In this document: in pieces, positions 51,227 through 60,353 of the stretch
Numbering within the stretch: the stretch's first letter is position 1
How the letters are laid out: each line of letters opens with the position of its first letter
Assembly: GCA_937991435.1 (NCBI GenBank)
Contig: CALKPY010000136.1
Coordinates: 2,313 to 66,312, forward strand
DNA from: an uncultured Acidimicrobiales bacterium
GTDB taxonomy: Bacteria > Actinomycetota > Acidimicrobiia > Acidimicrobiales > UBA10347
Direction of reading: 5' to 3'
DNA: 64,000 nucleotides
Notes under the pieces: model-generated
Database searches by the model: none
What the model was told of the DNA's origin: nothing
What the model saw: only the letters and a program-made list of their open reading frames with translations
Program-made: the position numbers and the translations under genes

Positions 51227-52012
51227 TCAGCCGTCGGCGTTTGGTGGTGGAATTAGCAACTCGTCGCCAATGCGAATCTGGTTGGCATCGTCGAGCAGGT
51301 TGGCGGCGATGATCTCATCGACGGTCACCTGATACAGATCGGCGAGGACCTCGAGCAGATCGCCCGCTTGGACTGTGTGCGTGAGTGTCTCACCCGGAAC
51401 TCGCTCAACTCGGGTGCTGGGTCTAAGAGCCGCGACTTCTTCAGGGTCGAGCCCGGTTCCGATTGGCGGGATCGTAAGCGTTTGCCCGATTTGGAGTGAT
51501 TGCGGATTGACGGCGGGATTCAGCTCGAGAATTGCCTGCACGCTCACGATGTATTCGTCGGCGATGGCTCCGAGTGAATCACCTTCTTGCACGAAGTAGG
51601 TCACGATTTCTCGCGGTGCGCGGTCAGCCGGGTCAGGGTTATCGAGGGCGGAATTGTCGGTTGTTGCGCCCGGTATGCGCAAACGCTGGCCGACAATCAA
51701 CACATTGGGATCAAGACCGGGATTGGCCCGCGAAATGACATCGGGTGACACGCTGTATTTCGCGGCGATGCTCGCCAACAGGTCACCTTGTTCAATGGTG
51801 TGCACGAATTCATCTTCGGCGGGCGGCGCATCGTTTGCTGCCTCTCCCACGATTGGTACAGCGGTGGCCGTCGGCACCGTCGTCGGTGTCTCAATGCCCT
51901 CATCGGTCGCAATTGATGACTCGTCTGAGCCAAAACAGCCAGCGAGGTAGAGAAGCCATGCAAGTGTCAATACCAGCAAAATCGGTACGGCTCTGTTTTG
52001 ACGAATCACCAC
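51227..52012 (-). CDS. LysM-repeat lipoprotein (3 LysM peptidoglycan-binding modules)
   Basis: The lipobox is LLYLAGC. Three LysM-like units are present: HTIEQGDLLASIAAKYSVS...LRIP, YFVQEGDSLGAIADEYIVS...LTIP and HTVQAGDLLEVLADLYQVT...LLIP. Confidence 0.85.
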   Translation of the reverse strand: MVIRQNRAVPILLVLTLAWLLYLAGCFGSDESSIATDEGIETPTTVPTATAVPIVGEAANDAPPAEDEFVHTIEQGDLLASIAAKYSVSPDVISRANPGLDPNVLIVGQRLRIPGATTDNSALDNPDPADRAPREIVTYFVQEGDSLGAIADEYIVSVQAILELNPAVNPQSLQIGQTLTIPPIGTGLDPEEVAALRPSTRVERVPGETLTHTVQAGDLLEVLADLYQVTVDEIIAANLLDDANQIRIGDELLIPPPNADG

Positions 52013-52090
52013 AGCTCCTGACTCAGGCGTGTCAACCGTACTCGTCGTGATCGATCTGCGGGTTGCACCTCGCCACGATGCCAGCTGTAG

Positions 52091-52219
52091 TCAGAGAAAA
52101 GCGGCAACAATTGGCAGGAGCATGGCCAATACGAGGGCTGCGGCTACCACCTGGACCCAGAATCGACGCCGGTCGCGTTTTGGCTTGTACTGCTGCTGAG
52201 GCGCCGGGGCAGATTGCAC
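52091..52219 (-). CDS. Candidate tail-anchored micro-protein (42 aa from the GTG at 52219), or the frameshifted C-terminus of the upstream hypothetical gene
   Basis: My own translation is VQSAPAPQQQYKPKRDRRRFWVQVVAAALVLAMLLPIVAAFL*. The GC pattern by codon position, counted by hand over 39 codons, is about 79/44/67 percent, which is coding-like. It is too short for the ORF track. Confidence 0.3.
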   Translation of the reverse strand: MQSAPAPQQQYKPKRDRRRFWVQVVAAALVLAMLLPIVAAFL

Positions 52220-52238
52220 TCGTCGTGATTTTCGTGGG

Positions 52239-52799
52239 TCAGGTCTGGAAGTTGCCACTGCTCGATCGTAGCGAGTCCCGTCGCGATGGTGAGCGCCGAC
52301 GCGACGGCATTGGATCTCGCCGCGAGCGAGGAGCAGGAAAGGTTGGTTCGCGCGACGCCGGCTCAGTCAACCCGCCGGTGCACTCGTCGACGGCATCGAA
52401 CAGGGCAGCGGCCGTATCGCTGCCTTCGGCGAAACCATCAGAAGCGTCGAGATACGCAATGATCGCAATCAATGCCTTGGCCGTGTCAGCTGGAACCGGG
52501 AGCCGGCGGTTTCGGCACCATGTCACGACATCGACGAACAACAGCTGCCAGATTCCGGTGCATGTGAAACGCTTGATCTCGCCGGCCTGGGTTGTCTGCT
52601 TCACGGCGAGAAGGACTCGAACGGCGTCAGCAGTTACTGGGTGGCCATTGGCCAACGCGTGCTGCAGAGTGCAACGTTGAAGGTGACGGGCGGCTCGACC
52701 CAGATTCGTGGCTGCGCGATGTCGACTTGGAGAAACGGATTGCCCAGACGAGGCGACCAGCCGAAGTGGTCGAGGTTGGTCGGTGTGCGTGGCGGTCAT
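52239..52799 (-). CDS. Hypothetical protein
   Basis: A 186-aa ORF whose central 100 aa look globular (ALANGHPVTADAVRVLLAVKQTTQAGEIKRFTCTGIWQLLFVDVVTW...). The last ~45 aa are Arg/Ser/Pro-rich. No family that I recognise. Confidence 0.5.
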   Translation of the reverse strand: MTATHTDQPRPLRLVASSGQSVSPSRHRAATNLGRAARHLQRCTLQHALANGHPVTADAVRVLLAVKQTTQAGEIKRFTCTGIWQLLFVDVVTWCRNRRLPVPADTAKALIAIIAYLDASDGFAEGSDTAAALFDAVDECTGGLTEPASREPTFPAPRSRRDPMPSRRRSPSRRDSLRSSSGNFQT

Positions 52800-52859
52800 G
52801 GTTATACGATCGCGCAGGGGTGTGACAGGGTCCTCTAACCCTGGCGTGAATGATCTATC

Positions 52860-53885
52860 TCATTCAGATTTGGTGCTTGCGGTCTCGTAGGCATCTGGCC
52901 CGAACGAGCCTTGCAACATGCCTGCGTCGAGGATCGGAAGTTCTCCGATCATGACCGAGCGACCAGCGAGTGCGAGTTGCACAGGCAGCGGTGCGAGTCC
53001 CGGGGGCCCAACCGCGACCGTGACGACGCCAGCCTGGACACGCGCGGACTGCGAATTGCGAAGTACGGGATCGAATGGTTTCGCCACGAGGCCGGGCCCA
53101 GCGTGCATACCAATGTTGATCGATGGCGAACGGTAGCCAAGGGGAGAATCTGCCTGTTCCAGCAGGGCTCGCAGCAGATCAGCGTCGCTTCCGTTGCTTT
53201 CGATATTGGTGATCTGGTCATCTTCGAATGAGATTCGCACGGGTGCGGCGAAGTGTGTGCCTGTGGAGAGGTTGCCGTCGCCGGGCATAACAACGAGGGA
53301 GCCGTTTGCCTCAAACTCCGTTGGCTGCACCCGAACGGATCCGGCAGGGAATCGAGCTCGAGGTTCGTTGTCACCGATCAGACCGTGCGTGGCCTGCACA
53401 AAGGCGTTTGCAAGAAGGAACGACAGATCGGTGCCGTGTTCGTCGGTCAAGGTCATTCGGTCGCCACTTGAGCAATGGTGGCTCAGTTGATCGACACGTT
53501 GTCGAAGCGCGGTATGGGGCAGATAGCGACCAGATGCCGCAATTGGGTCAATGTGCAGGACCGCGATGTGGTCAGACGACGTGTTGGTTCGCGATGCGCC
53601 ATACACATCACCGCCGTGTGTGCAGTCAATAATCAGATCGGCATCAAATGCGGGTCCGGCGATGCCGTTGGCGGTTCCGTCGATGACTAATTCGGTGACT
53701 GTTGCACGCCCTCGGGGATGAATCTCAAGTGCAATGACCCCTAGGCGTTCCAGCGCGAGCCGCGTTGTCTCGACAATCGATGCCGTCGTCGTATTGTCGG
53801 CGACCACCACCACTCGGGAGTGTTCGTCGACAGACGACAGTTCCAGTTGTCGCGTAAAGGACTCGAGAAGTCGCCAGGAAGTCAT
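52860..53885 (-). CDS. Hypothetical protein, possibly aminopeptidase-T (M29)/NicX-like fold
   Basis: The length (341 aa) and the N-terminal pattern LESFTRQLELSSVDEHSRVVVVADNTTTASIVETTRLALERLG resemble my recollection of M29-like proteins. The assignment is weak. Confidence 0.5.
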   Translation of the reverse strand: MTSWRLLESFTRQLELSSVDEHSRVVVVADNTTTASIVETTRLALERLGVIALEIHPRGRATVTELVIDGTANGIAGPAFDADLIIDCTHGGDVYGASRTNTSSDHIAVLHIDPIAASGRYLPHTALRQRVDQLSHHCSSGDRMTLTDEHGTDLSFLLANAFVQATHGLIGDNEPRARFPAGSVRVQPTEFEANGSLVVMPGDGNLSTGTHFAAPVRISFEDDQITNIESNGSDADLLRALLEQADSPLGYRSPSINIGMHAGPGLVAKPFDPVLRNSQSARVQAGVVTVAVGPPGLAPLPVQLALAGRSVMIGELPILDAGMLQGSFGPDAYETASTKSE

Positions 53886-54028
53886 GGATTCGCGACGCTA
53901 GCGGTTCGGCGTGTCTGGCACCGAGACGCGGGTCTACGGGCCGTCCTCGGTGGGGATGGTGTGGTCAATGTTGTCAAAGGGCACCAACCATCCACGAATG
54001 GACAGTGTGGTACGAGTAGTTTCTCAAC

Positions 54029-54502
54029 ATGGATGAATGCGCCCGCATGAGTTGCAGCGAGGCTGCGGTGGCTCTGCTCAGTTTCGCCCCGCGACACGCC
54101 AAGGCTTGGTTGTATGATCTTGTCGATGCCAATCCGGCATCGGGCATTGTGCTGTGCCGGCGACATGCCAATGCCACCGTGGTTCCCATGTCGTGGCAGC
54201 TCGTCGATGCACGCGACCCGAGCTGGGAGGGTCCCACCCCACCGGTCCCCCCGCTTGAGACCACGGTTGAGGAACTTCTCAGTCGTCACTACGCGGCACA
54301 CGCTGTTCGGCCGGCGCCGTCAGTGCCGGTTGCCGAAGGCACCGCGGCCCAACGAAGCGCAGACCAGCAACGCACAGAACGATCCGAGCCAACGAGGCTC
54401 GCAGCTCCGGTGCGCGATGACGATCGCGCACCGTATGACGACACGTTGTTTGAGCTTCCGCTCGACACGCCCGCAGTCACACCACGCCACGATTTCGTCT
54501 GA
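54029..54502 (+). CDS. DUF3499 domain-containing protein
   Basis: The N-terminal CSEAAVALLSFAPRHAKAWLYDL......VLCRRHANATVVPMSWQLVDAR matches the actinobacterial DUF3499 pattern (C..C.A.A.L.F...LC..HA....P.GW...D.R). Confidence 0.65.
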   Translation: MDECARMSCSEAAVALLSFAPRHAKAWLYDLVDANPASGIVLCRRHANATVVPMSWQLVDARDPSWEGPTPPVPPLETTVEELLSRHYAAHAVRPAPSVPVAEGTAAQRSADQQRTERSEPTRLAAPVRDDDRAPYDDTLFELPLDTPAVTPRHDFV

Positions 54503-54507
54503 CTGCG

Positions 54508-55332
54508 CTATTCCGTCGAGGTGGGCTCAGTCCGCGGCGCGGGCACCTCGGGGTACAACTCGAGTAGCTGGTCCTGCAACGACGGTTTCTCCTCAATGAA
54601 CCCGTCGAGGCCCGTAACAAAGTCATCGGCTTTGGGCGGACGCGAATAGTTCACGAGATCAATCTCATACAGATCGTCACCTTGCAGGTCAACAGTCGCG
54701 ACCAGGTGCAGGTCGTCGTCGGTGAAGCAGACCGAGAACCCCATTGGCGCCGCGCCTGTGTCACCGGTGACTGAAAAGCAGTCGGTCGTTAGTCCTCGCA
54801 GCGTGACACCTGTTCGACGTTCCCAATTTGCAGGATCGCGCTCGGCAACGAGAACAAGCTCGCGCCAGCTGGCGAGCTCATAGAGCTGGGTCGGGCCCCA
54901 CTCGCGCAAAAGTTGCAGCGGATACGCGAGCACATTGGGAGTGCCTTCAGCTCGCTCTGACTGTCCACAAAACGGGACCGCGCGCAAAATCGCGGCGCAG
55001 AACACAACGCGATCCGGTTCTTGAAAGGCGAGGTGCTGTGGGGATTGCACCAGATATCGACCAGATCGATCGTCGAACACTTCGCGATAGGAGAACGGAA
55101 AGCCAAGGCCTTCGGCACCCATTGCTTCGGCGTCGATGTCCCAGTCGGCGGCGTACGAACGGCCCGCAGACCGTTGCATCGCGGGCGTTGCGGTCGGGTC
55201 GGCATTGGTCGCCTCGTCATCACCGGCGCTACACGAACCGGCAAGGACAAGCAGAACCGTTGCCACGGCCACAGACAGCAAAGCGATTCGTCGTCGCTGG
55301 TGTTGGCGGGTGCTCGGTGAGGTGCGGGACAT
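54508..55332 (-). CDS. Hypothetical lipoprotein
   Basis: A signal peptide with lipobox (LLVLAGSC) is present. The mature part has no motif I recognise. Confidence 0.6.
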   Translation of the reverse strand: MSRTSPSTRQHQRRRIALLSVAVATVLLVLAGSCSAGDDEATNADPTATPAMQRSAGRSYAADWDIDAEAMGAEGLGFPFSYREVFDDRSGRYLVQSPQHLAFQEPDRVVFCAAILRAVPFCGQSERAEGTPNVLAYPLQLLREWGPTQLYELASWRELVLVAERDPANWERRTGVTLRGLTTDCFSVTGDTGAAPMGFSVCFTDDDLHLVATVDLQGDDLYEIDLVNYSRPPKADDFVTGLDGFIEEKPSLQDQLLELYPEVPAPRTEPTSTE

Positions 55333-55366
55333 AACTCGGCTAAGCCTGCCAGATCAATGACTACGA

Positions 55367-57253
55367 TTGAGCCTCATGACCGCACAGGCTGATTCGTCGG
55401 CCGAGAAGCGGCCGGCAGACGAGCCCGAGCGTCGCGGCGATCGGACAATCAATGACCCAGCGCCAGCAGAGGTTTTGCGTAACGGTTTTGCACTGGTGCG
55501 TCGTTCCTGGCGTTTGCGACCTCTCGCTCATCTGTTGGGCACGACCGGAGCGATTCTGTACGCGTTGGCATCGGTCGCGTTCAGCTGGACTCTTGGCAGA
55601 GTCGCCGATGATGTCGTTGTGCCGTCGCTTGACGGTGGCAATGTCGCCAACGCTGAGATCTGGACTGTGCTTGGTGTGCTGATCGCGATTGGAGCGACCC
55701 GAGCGGTTGGCGCAATGGCCCGTCGCTGGTTCCAGTCGCTGGCGGAGTACGGCACCCAGAGGGTGTGGCGCGAGCTTCTGCTCTCGAAATATCTCGACTT
55801 GCCGTTGAGCTGGCATCGCAGGGTGCAGTCCGGTGAGTTGCTAACCCACGCAGACACGGATCTCGAGCGCTCGACGCGCATGCTTAAGCCGTTGGCGTTT
55901 GCCATTGGAACGTTTGCACTGGCAACATTTTCGTTTCTCGCTCTTTTGAGAATTCACGTGCTTATGGCTGCGGTTGCCGTAGTCCTGTTTCCGACACTGA
56001 GCGTGCTGAACCGTCGCTACACGATGCGTGTCGCTGCTGCGTCGCACCGCGAGCGGGCCGAGAACGGATTCGTTTCGTCGATCACCCACGAAAGCTTCGA
56101 TGGTGCGCTCGTCGTGAAGACCCTCGGACGCGAACAAGCCGAAACTCGCCGAATGAGGGTTGCCGCAGAACGGCTACGCGACACGCGCATTGAAATTGGC
56201 GGGGTGCGCGCGGTCTTTGACCCGATGATCGAAGCACTTCCGAGCGTCGGCGTCATTGCACTTGTCGTCGTTGGTGCCTGGCTTGTCGATCAAGGCTCCG
56301 CCACGGTTGGCGAACTGATCACAGCTGTTTCCTTATTCACAATCTTGGCCGTGCCGGTCAGGGTTGTTGGTTTCTTTCTTGAAGAGATGCCAGGCTCAAC
56401 CGCTGCGCTTTCCCGAGTTGATTCGGTGATCGATGAGCCACAGCCCGAGTCAGATCAGCAGCGCACCCGATCGTTGCCGACTGGTCCGCTGAGCGTCTCA
56501 ATCAAGGGTGTCAGCTTTGATTATCAGTCGGTGCCTGAGTCGGAACTTGTTCTCGACGACGTTTCGCTCGATATCGCTGCGGGGTCATCGATTGCCATTG
56601 TTGGTTCAACGGGTTCTGGCAAGAGCACGCTCGTAAATCTCATCGCCGGATTGGCGATGCCGACCAAAGGAAGCCTGCTTGTCGGCGATGTTCCCATCGG
56701 CGAAGTTGATCCGGTTGTTCGAGCCGAACGTATTGTCACGGTGTTTCAAGAAGCGTTTTTGTTTGCGACCACAATCCGCGAGAACGTGACTCTCGGCAAT
56801 CTCGTCAGTAGCGGCCGTGTCTCTGAAGATCGTGTCTCTGAAGATCGTGCACTGATTGCGGCGCTGACGTCGGCCGAAGCTTGGGACTTTGTGCAGGAGC
56901 TTCCCGAAGGTCTTGACACCATCATTGGTGAGCGGGGCGTGACGCTGTCGGGTGGGCAGCGACAACGGGTGGCATTGGCTAGAGCGTTGATTCGAGAACC
57001 CTCGATCGTGCTGCTCGACGACGCCACCTCTGCGCTCGACCCAGCAATCGAGCGTCTGGTACTTGATCGGCTACGAGCCGAACTGCGAGCCACGCTGGTG
57101 ATCGTTGCGTATCGTCTCGCAACAATCGAGGTTGCGGACCGCGTTGTGTATCTGGTCGACGGTCGAGTAGCCGCGACTGGGGTGCATGCCGAGCTCATGA
57201 ACCGGCCTGACTACGCCGCATTGGTTCGGGCCTATGAGACGTCTGCCGGCTGA
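55367..57253 (+). CDS. ABC exporter, fused permease/ATPase half-transporter (MdlA-like)
   Basis: A six-TM N-terminal domain is followed by Walker A GSTGSGKST, signature LSGGQRQRVALARAL and Walker B VLLDDATSALD. Confidence 0.9.
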   Translation: MSLMTAQADSSAEKRPADEPERRGDRTINDPAPAEVLRNGFALVRRSWRLRPLAHLLGTTGAILYALASVAFSWTLGRVADDVVVPSLDGGNVANAEIWTVLGVLIAIGATRAVGAMARRWFQSLAEYGTQRVWRELLLSKYLDLPLSWHRRVQSGELLTHADTDLERSTRMLKPLAFAIGTFALATFSFLALLRIHVLMAAVAVVLFPTLSVLNRRYTMRVAAASHRERAENGFVSSITHESFDGALVVKTLGREQAETRRMRVAAERLRDTRIEIGGVRAVFDPMIEALPSVGVIALVVVGAWLVDQGSATVGELITAVSLFTILAVPVRVVGFFLEEMPGSTAALSRVDSVIDEPQPESDQQRTRSLPTGPLSVSIKGVSFDYQSVPESELVLDDVSLDIAAGSSIAIVGSTGSGKSTLVNLIAGLAMPTKGSLLVGDVPIGEVDPVVRAERIVTVFQEAFLFATTIRENVTLGNLVSSGRVSEDRVSEDRALIAALTSAEAWDFVQELPEGLDTIIGERGVTLSGGQRQRVALARALIREPSIVLLDDATSALDPAIERLVLDRLRAELRATLVIVAYRLATIEVADRVVYLVDGRVAATGVHAELMNRPDYAALVRAYETSAG

Positions 57254-57317
57254 TCATCGCTGCGCCCCTCAGGTGCCAGACTCGTGTTGAGCGCACCGAT
57301 CGGTCACACTGGAGATC

Positions 57318-57914
57318 GTGGAACAAGCGTCTAGCGAGCGGCCTGACGACGGACAGACCGATGACATCAACGTGTTAGTGCCCGTGTGGACCATTGTTCC
57401 GTTGGCCGTGGCCTTTGTCGCAGCGTTTGCCTGGGCATTTGGTATGAACCGTTTGCTTGTTTCGCTCGTGCCGTTCGGTGTTCTTCTCGCTGCGGTCACC
57501 GTGATCGACCTTCGTGAATTGAGGATCCCTGACAAGCTGACGTATCCGGGGGTGGTCCTTGGCATTCCGTTGCTGCTGGTCGCAAGCACCGCAGACTGGA
57601 TCGACCTGTCGTTCGGTCGGGCCCTGCTGGGAGGTCTGGCGATGTTCGCCATCTACTTCGTACTGGCGGCGTTGTGGCCCTCGGCAATGGGATTTGGCGA
57701 CGTCAAGCTCGCCCTTGTGCTTGGAGCCCAGCTCGGTCTGTTTGGCTGGGTCGTGGTGGCCCGTGGGGTACTCAGCGCGCACCTGCTCATGGGCCCGGTT
57801 GCGCTGGTATTGCTTCTGCGGGGTCGAGCTCGCATGAAGACCCACCTGCCGTTCGGTCCGTTTCTGGTGCTCGGTACGATCGTCGCGTTAGTGCTCGAGG
57901 GACTTGCCCGCTGA
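57318..57914 (+). CDS. A24-family prepilin-type aspartyl peptidase (CpaA/short form)
   Basis: The polytopic membrane protein has the two catalytic-Asp contexts VTVIDLRELRIPD and MGFGDVKLALVLG. The GTG start is uncertain. Confidence 0.7.
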   Translation: MEQASSERPDDGQTDDINVLVPVWTIVPLAVAFVAAFAWAFGMNRLLVSLVPFGVLLAAVTVIDLRELRIPDKLTYPGVVLGIPLLLVASTADWIDLSFGRALLGGLAMFAIYFVLAALWPSAMGFGDVKLALVLGAQLGLFGWVVVARGVLSAHLLMGPVALVLLLRGRARMKTHLPFGPFLVLGTIVALVLEGLAR

Positions 57915-57965
57915 CGTCGGTTGACAGTGGCAGGGGTGACGCCGCCGGTTGGGTAGCGTCGAACG

Positions 57966-59828
57966 ATGTCCGAAGGCGGTGAATCCCAGGCATTGCGAGC
58001 GGGTGACACCATTCCGTACTCGCCCCTCGACGATGCCGGAGCGTGGCAGGTGCTGCGACGCGGTCTGGTCGTGAGCCCGGGACTTCGGCGCGGAATTGCA
58101 GTGACGGCGGCGATTGCCATCACTGCGGCCGCAGGTCGACTCGTGGTGCCGTTGTTGATCCAACAAACACTTGACCGCGGTTTCGTCGATGGCGCATGGA
58201 GACCATCGTTTGTGATCACCGCTGCTGTCATGGCACTTCTCGTCGTTGTGACGGTCGCTGCACTCAGCGGATTGACCTATCTGCGATTGGTGAAGGTCGC
58301 GGAGAACACGCTGGCCGATCTGCGAGTGCTTCTCTTTGACCATCTGCATCGCATGAGCATCGCCCGGCACTCCGCTGTGCGGCTGGGCACCATGACCGCC
58401 CGGGTGACAAGTGACATCGATCAGCTGGCGTTGTTTGTGCAGTGGGGAGCCATGAGCTGGATCACGTCGCTTTCGGTACTCACTGGCACCATCGTGGTAA
58501 TGGCGATTTTCTCATGGAAGCTCACCATTGTTGCCTTGGTCACGTTGTCGCCGTTGGTGCCTTGGGCGAGGCTCGTTCAACGCGGCCAGTTCAAGGCCTA
58601 TAGCGAGCTTCGGGAACGGGTGGCTGACACGATCTCCGAAGCGTCAGAGGCGGTATCTGGGGCTGCAGTGATTCGAGCCTTTGGGTACGAGCCGGTTGTT
58701 CGTGAGCGTGTTGATATGGCGGCCGAGCGGCACTTCGGTGCTCAGATGCGCGCCCAGCGATTTTTCTCGTTGTACCTGCCAGTCACTGACATAGTCGGAG
58801 CCATCGCCTTGGCGACAACCGCAGGTGTTGGCGTGTGGCGCGGAGCCGAGTGGGGGTTGACCTCGGGGCAACTGGTCTCATTTTTGTTCCTGGTCTCGTT
58901 GCTGTTGAACCCAATTGCTGAGATCACCGAAGTGCTCGATCAAACCCAGACTTCGCTGGCGGCGTGGCGCAAAGTGTTGGCGGTACTGGACTGGCCAATC
59001 GATGTTGAGGAACCGATTGGCGGTGTCGAATTACGAGCCGGCGCCCTCGCTGTCAAGGTGATTAATGTCGACTTCGCGTACGACCAAAACGCTGCTGAAT
59101 CAGATGCTTGTCGCACGAACCCAGCGACGCCAAGCCCGATGGTCCTCAGCGGTGTATCGGTAGAGATCGCGGCCGGAAGCCGGGTTGCGGTCGTCGGAGA
59201 AACAGGTTCGGGCAAGAGCACATTCGCGCGCCTGCTCGCGCGACTCGCAGACCCAGTATCGGGTGTGGTCGAGATCGGTGACGAGAACTTGCGAGCAGTG
59301 AGTACCTCGTCGAGACGAGCCTCGATTCGCATGGTTCCCCAAGACGGGTTCCTGTTCGACGCCACGATCCGCGAAAACGTCGCATATGGCGCCAGCAACG
59401 CTGATGATGCCGCTGTGCATCTCGCTTTTGAACAACTCGGACTGACCGACTGGGTTACGCAATTGCCACGTGGCCTTGACACCGAGGTCGGTGAGAGAGG
59501 TGAACAGCTGTCGGTTGGTGAGCGTCAGCTTGTGGCGCTTGCCCGAGCCGCGCTCGCGTCTCCCGGTCTTCTCATTCTCGATGAGGCGACGTCGGCCGTC
59601 GACCCCGAAACCGAACAGATCCTGGCCAACGCCTTGGACCAGTTGTCGACGGGTCGCACGACAATAAGCGTGGCGCACCGGCTTTCCACTGCCGAACGAG
59701 CCGACGTGGTGCTCGTATTCGACGCCGGGTTACTGGTGCAACAAGGAAGTCACCATGAATTGGTTGCTTCCGATGGCCCTTATCGCCGCCTGTTCGCGGC
59801 GTGGCTCGGCAATACCCAGACTCGCTAG
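57966..59828 (+). CDS. ABC exporter, fused permease/ATPase half-transporter (MdlB-like)
   Basis: A TM domain is followed by Walker A GETGSGKST, signature LSVGERQLVALARAAL and Walker B LILDEATSAVD. Confidence 0.9.
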   Translation: MSEGGESQALRAGDTIPYSPLDDAGAWQVLRRGLVVSPGLRRGIAVTAAIAITAAAGRLVVPLLIQQTLDRGFVDGAWRPSFVITAAVMALLVVVTVAALSGLTYLRLVKVAENTLADLRVLLFDHLHRMSIARHSAVRLGTMTARVTSDIDQLALFVQWGAMSWITSLSVLTGTIVVMAIFSWKLTIVALVTLSPLVPWARLVQRGQFKAYSELRERVADTISEASEAVSGAAVIRAFGYEPVVRERVDMAAERHFGAQMRAQRFFSLYLPVTDIVGAIALATTAGVGVWRGAEWGLTSGQLVSFLFLVSLLLNPIAEITEVLDQTQTSLAAWRKVLAVLDWPIDVEEPIGGVELRAGALAVKVINVDFAYDQNAAESDACRTNPATPSPMVLSGVSVEIAAGSRVAVVGETGSGKSTFARLLARLADPVSGVVEIGDENLRAVSTSSRRASIRMVPQDGFLFDATIRENVAYGASNADDAAVHLAFEQLGLTDWVTQLPRGLDTEVGERGEQLSVGERQLVALARAALASPGLLILDEATSAVDPETEQILANALDQLSTGRTTISVAHRLSTAERADVVLVFDAGLLVQQGSHHELVASDGPYRRLFAAWLGNTQTR

Positions 59829-59975
59829 CAGCGAGTATGCAGCGCAGAACTCGCCGCCATCAAAATTCGCGGAACATCACAATAGTTCGCCGAAACACCG
59901 GATAGTAACGTCACCGCCGTAGAGTCACGAGTGATTCAGTCGCAAGGACTGTCTCGAACGAAAGCAAAGAAAATA

Positions 59976-60173
59976 ATGCAGGGAACTGTCAAGTTTTTTA
60001 ACAGCGAGAAGGGCTTCGGCTTTATCTCACGCGAAGATGGAGACGATGTATTCGTCCACTTCTCCAACATCGAGGGTGACGGTTACAAGTCACTTGAGGA
60101 AGGCCAAGCGGTCGAATTCGAAATCGCTGCTGGTCGCAAAGGACCAGAAGCGCAGGGCGTGAAGGTCATCTGA
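59976..60173 (+). CDS. cspA: Cold-shock protein (CspA family)
   Basis: [32 protein letters not shown] contains the RNP1 and RNP2 motifs. Start at the ATG at 59976. Confidence 0.95.
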   Translation: MQGTVKFFNSEKGFGFISREDGDDVFVHFSNIEGDGYKSLEEGQAVEFEIAAGRKGPEAQGVKVI

Positions 60174-60353
60174 CTTTCGCTCGTTGAGCTCTCTGTCCTG
60201 AACTAAGGACATCTGTTTCGGCCGGAATCAGTACTTCGCACGATGTGTGGGGTGCAGGTTCCGGCCGAGACGCGTTTTGCCATCGATCGCCGAACAGTGC
60301 GCAAAGAGCGTGCCGATAGGCTGTCGGCTTCCTGACGAGACAGAGAGATTCAC

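Noticed and set aside
52013-52238. I looked for a cyclic-di-AMP (ydaO-type) riboswitch upstream of the LysM cell-wall protein gene.
   Set aside because: This riboswitch often precedes actinobacterial cell-wall hydrolase/LysM genes. However, none of the conserved ACGGGGA / CCCGA-type segments or the pseudo-symmetric helices was visible by eye. A covariance-model scan (Rfam ydaO-yuaA) would be decisive.
52063-52680. A 205-aa plus-strand ORF covers the LysM upstream region and the hypothetical gene.
   Set aside because: The protein is Arg/Ser/Gly-rich with no globular-looking segment. It shares wobble positions with the more protein-like minus-strand ORF 52239-52799.
60196-60279. Candidate cspA terminator structures: the small hairpin gtcct-gaacta-aggac and the inverted repeat tcggccggaa ... 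ttccggccga with a 31-nt loop, followed by cgcgtttt.
   Set aside because: The stems are short or the loop is very long, and the U-tract is weak. I cannot support a specific terminator call without folding energies.
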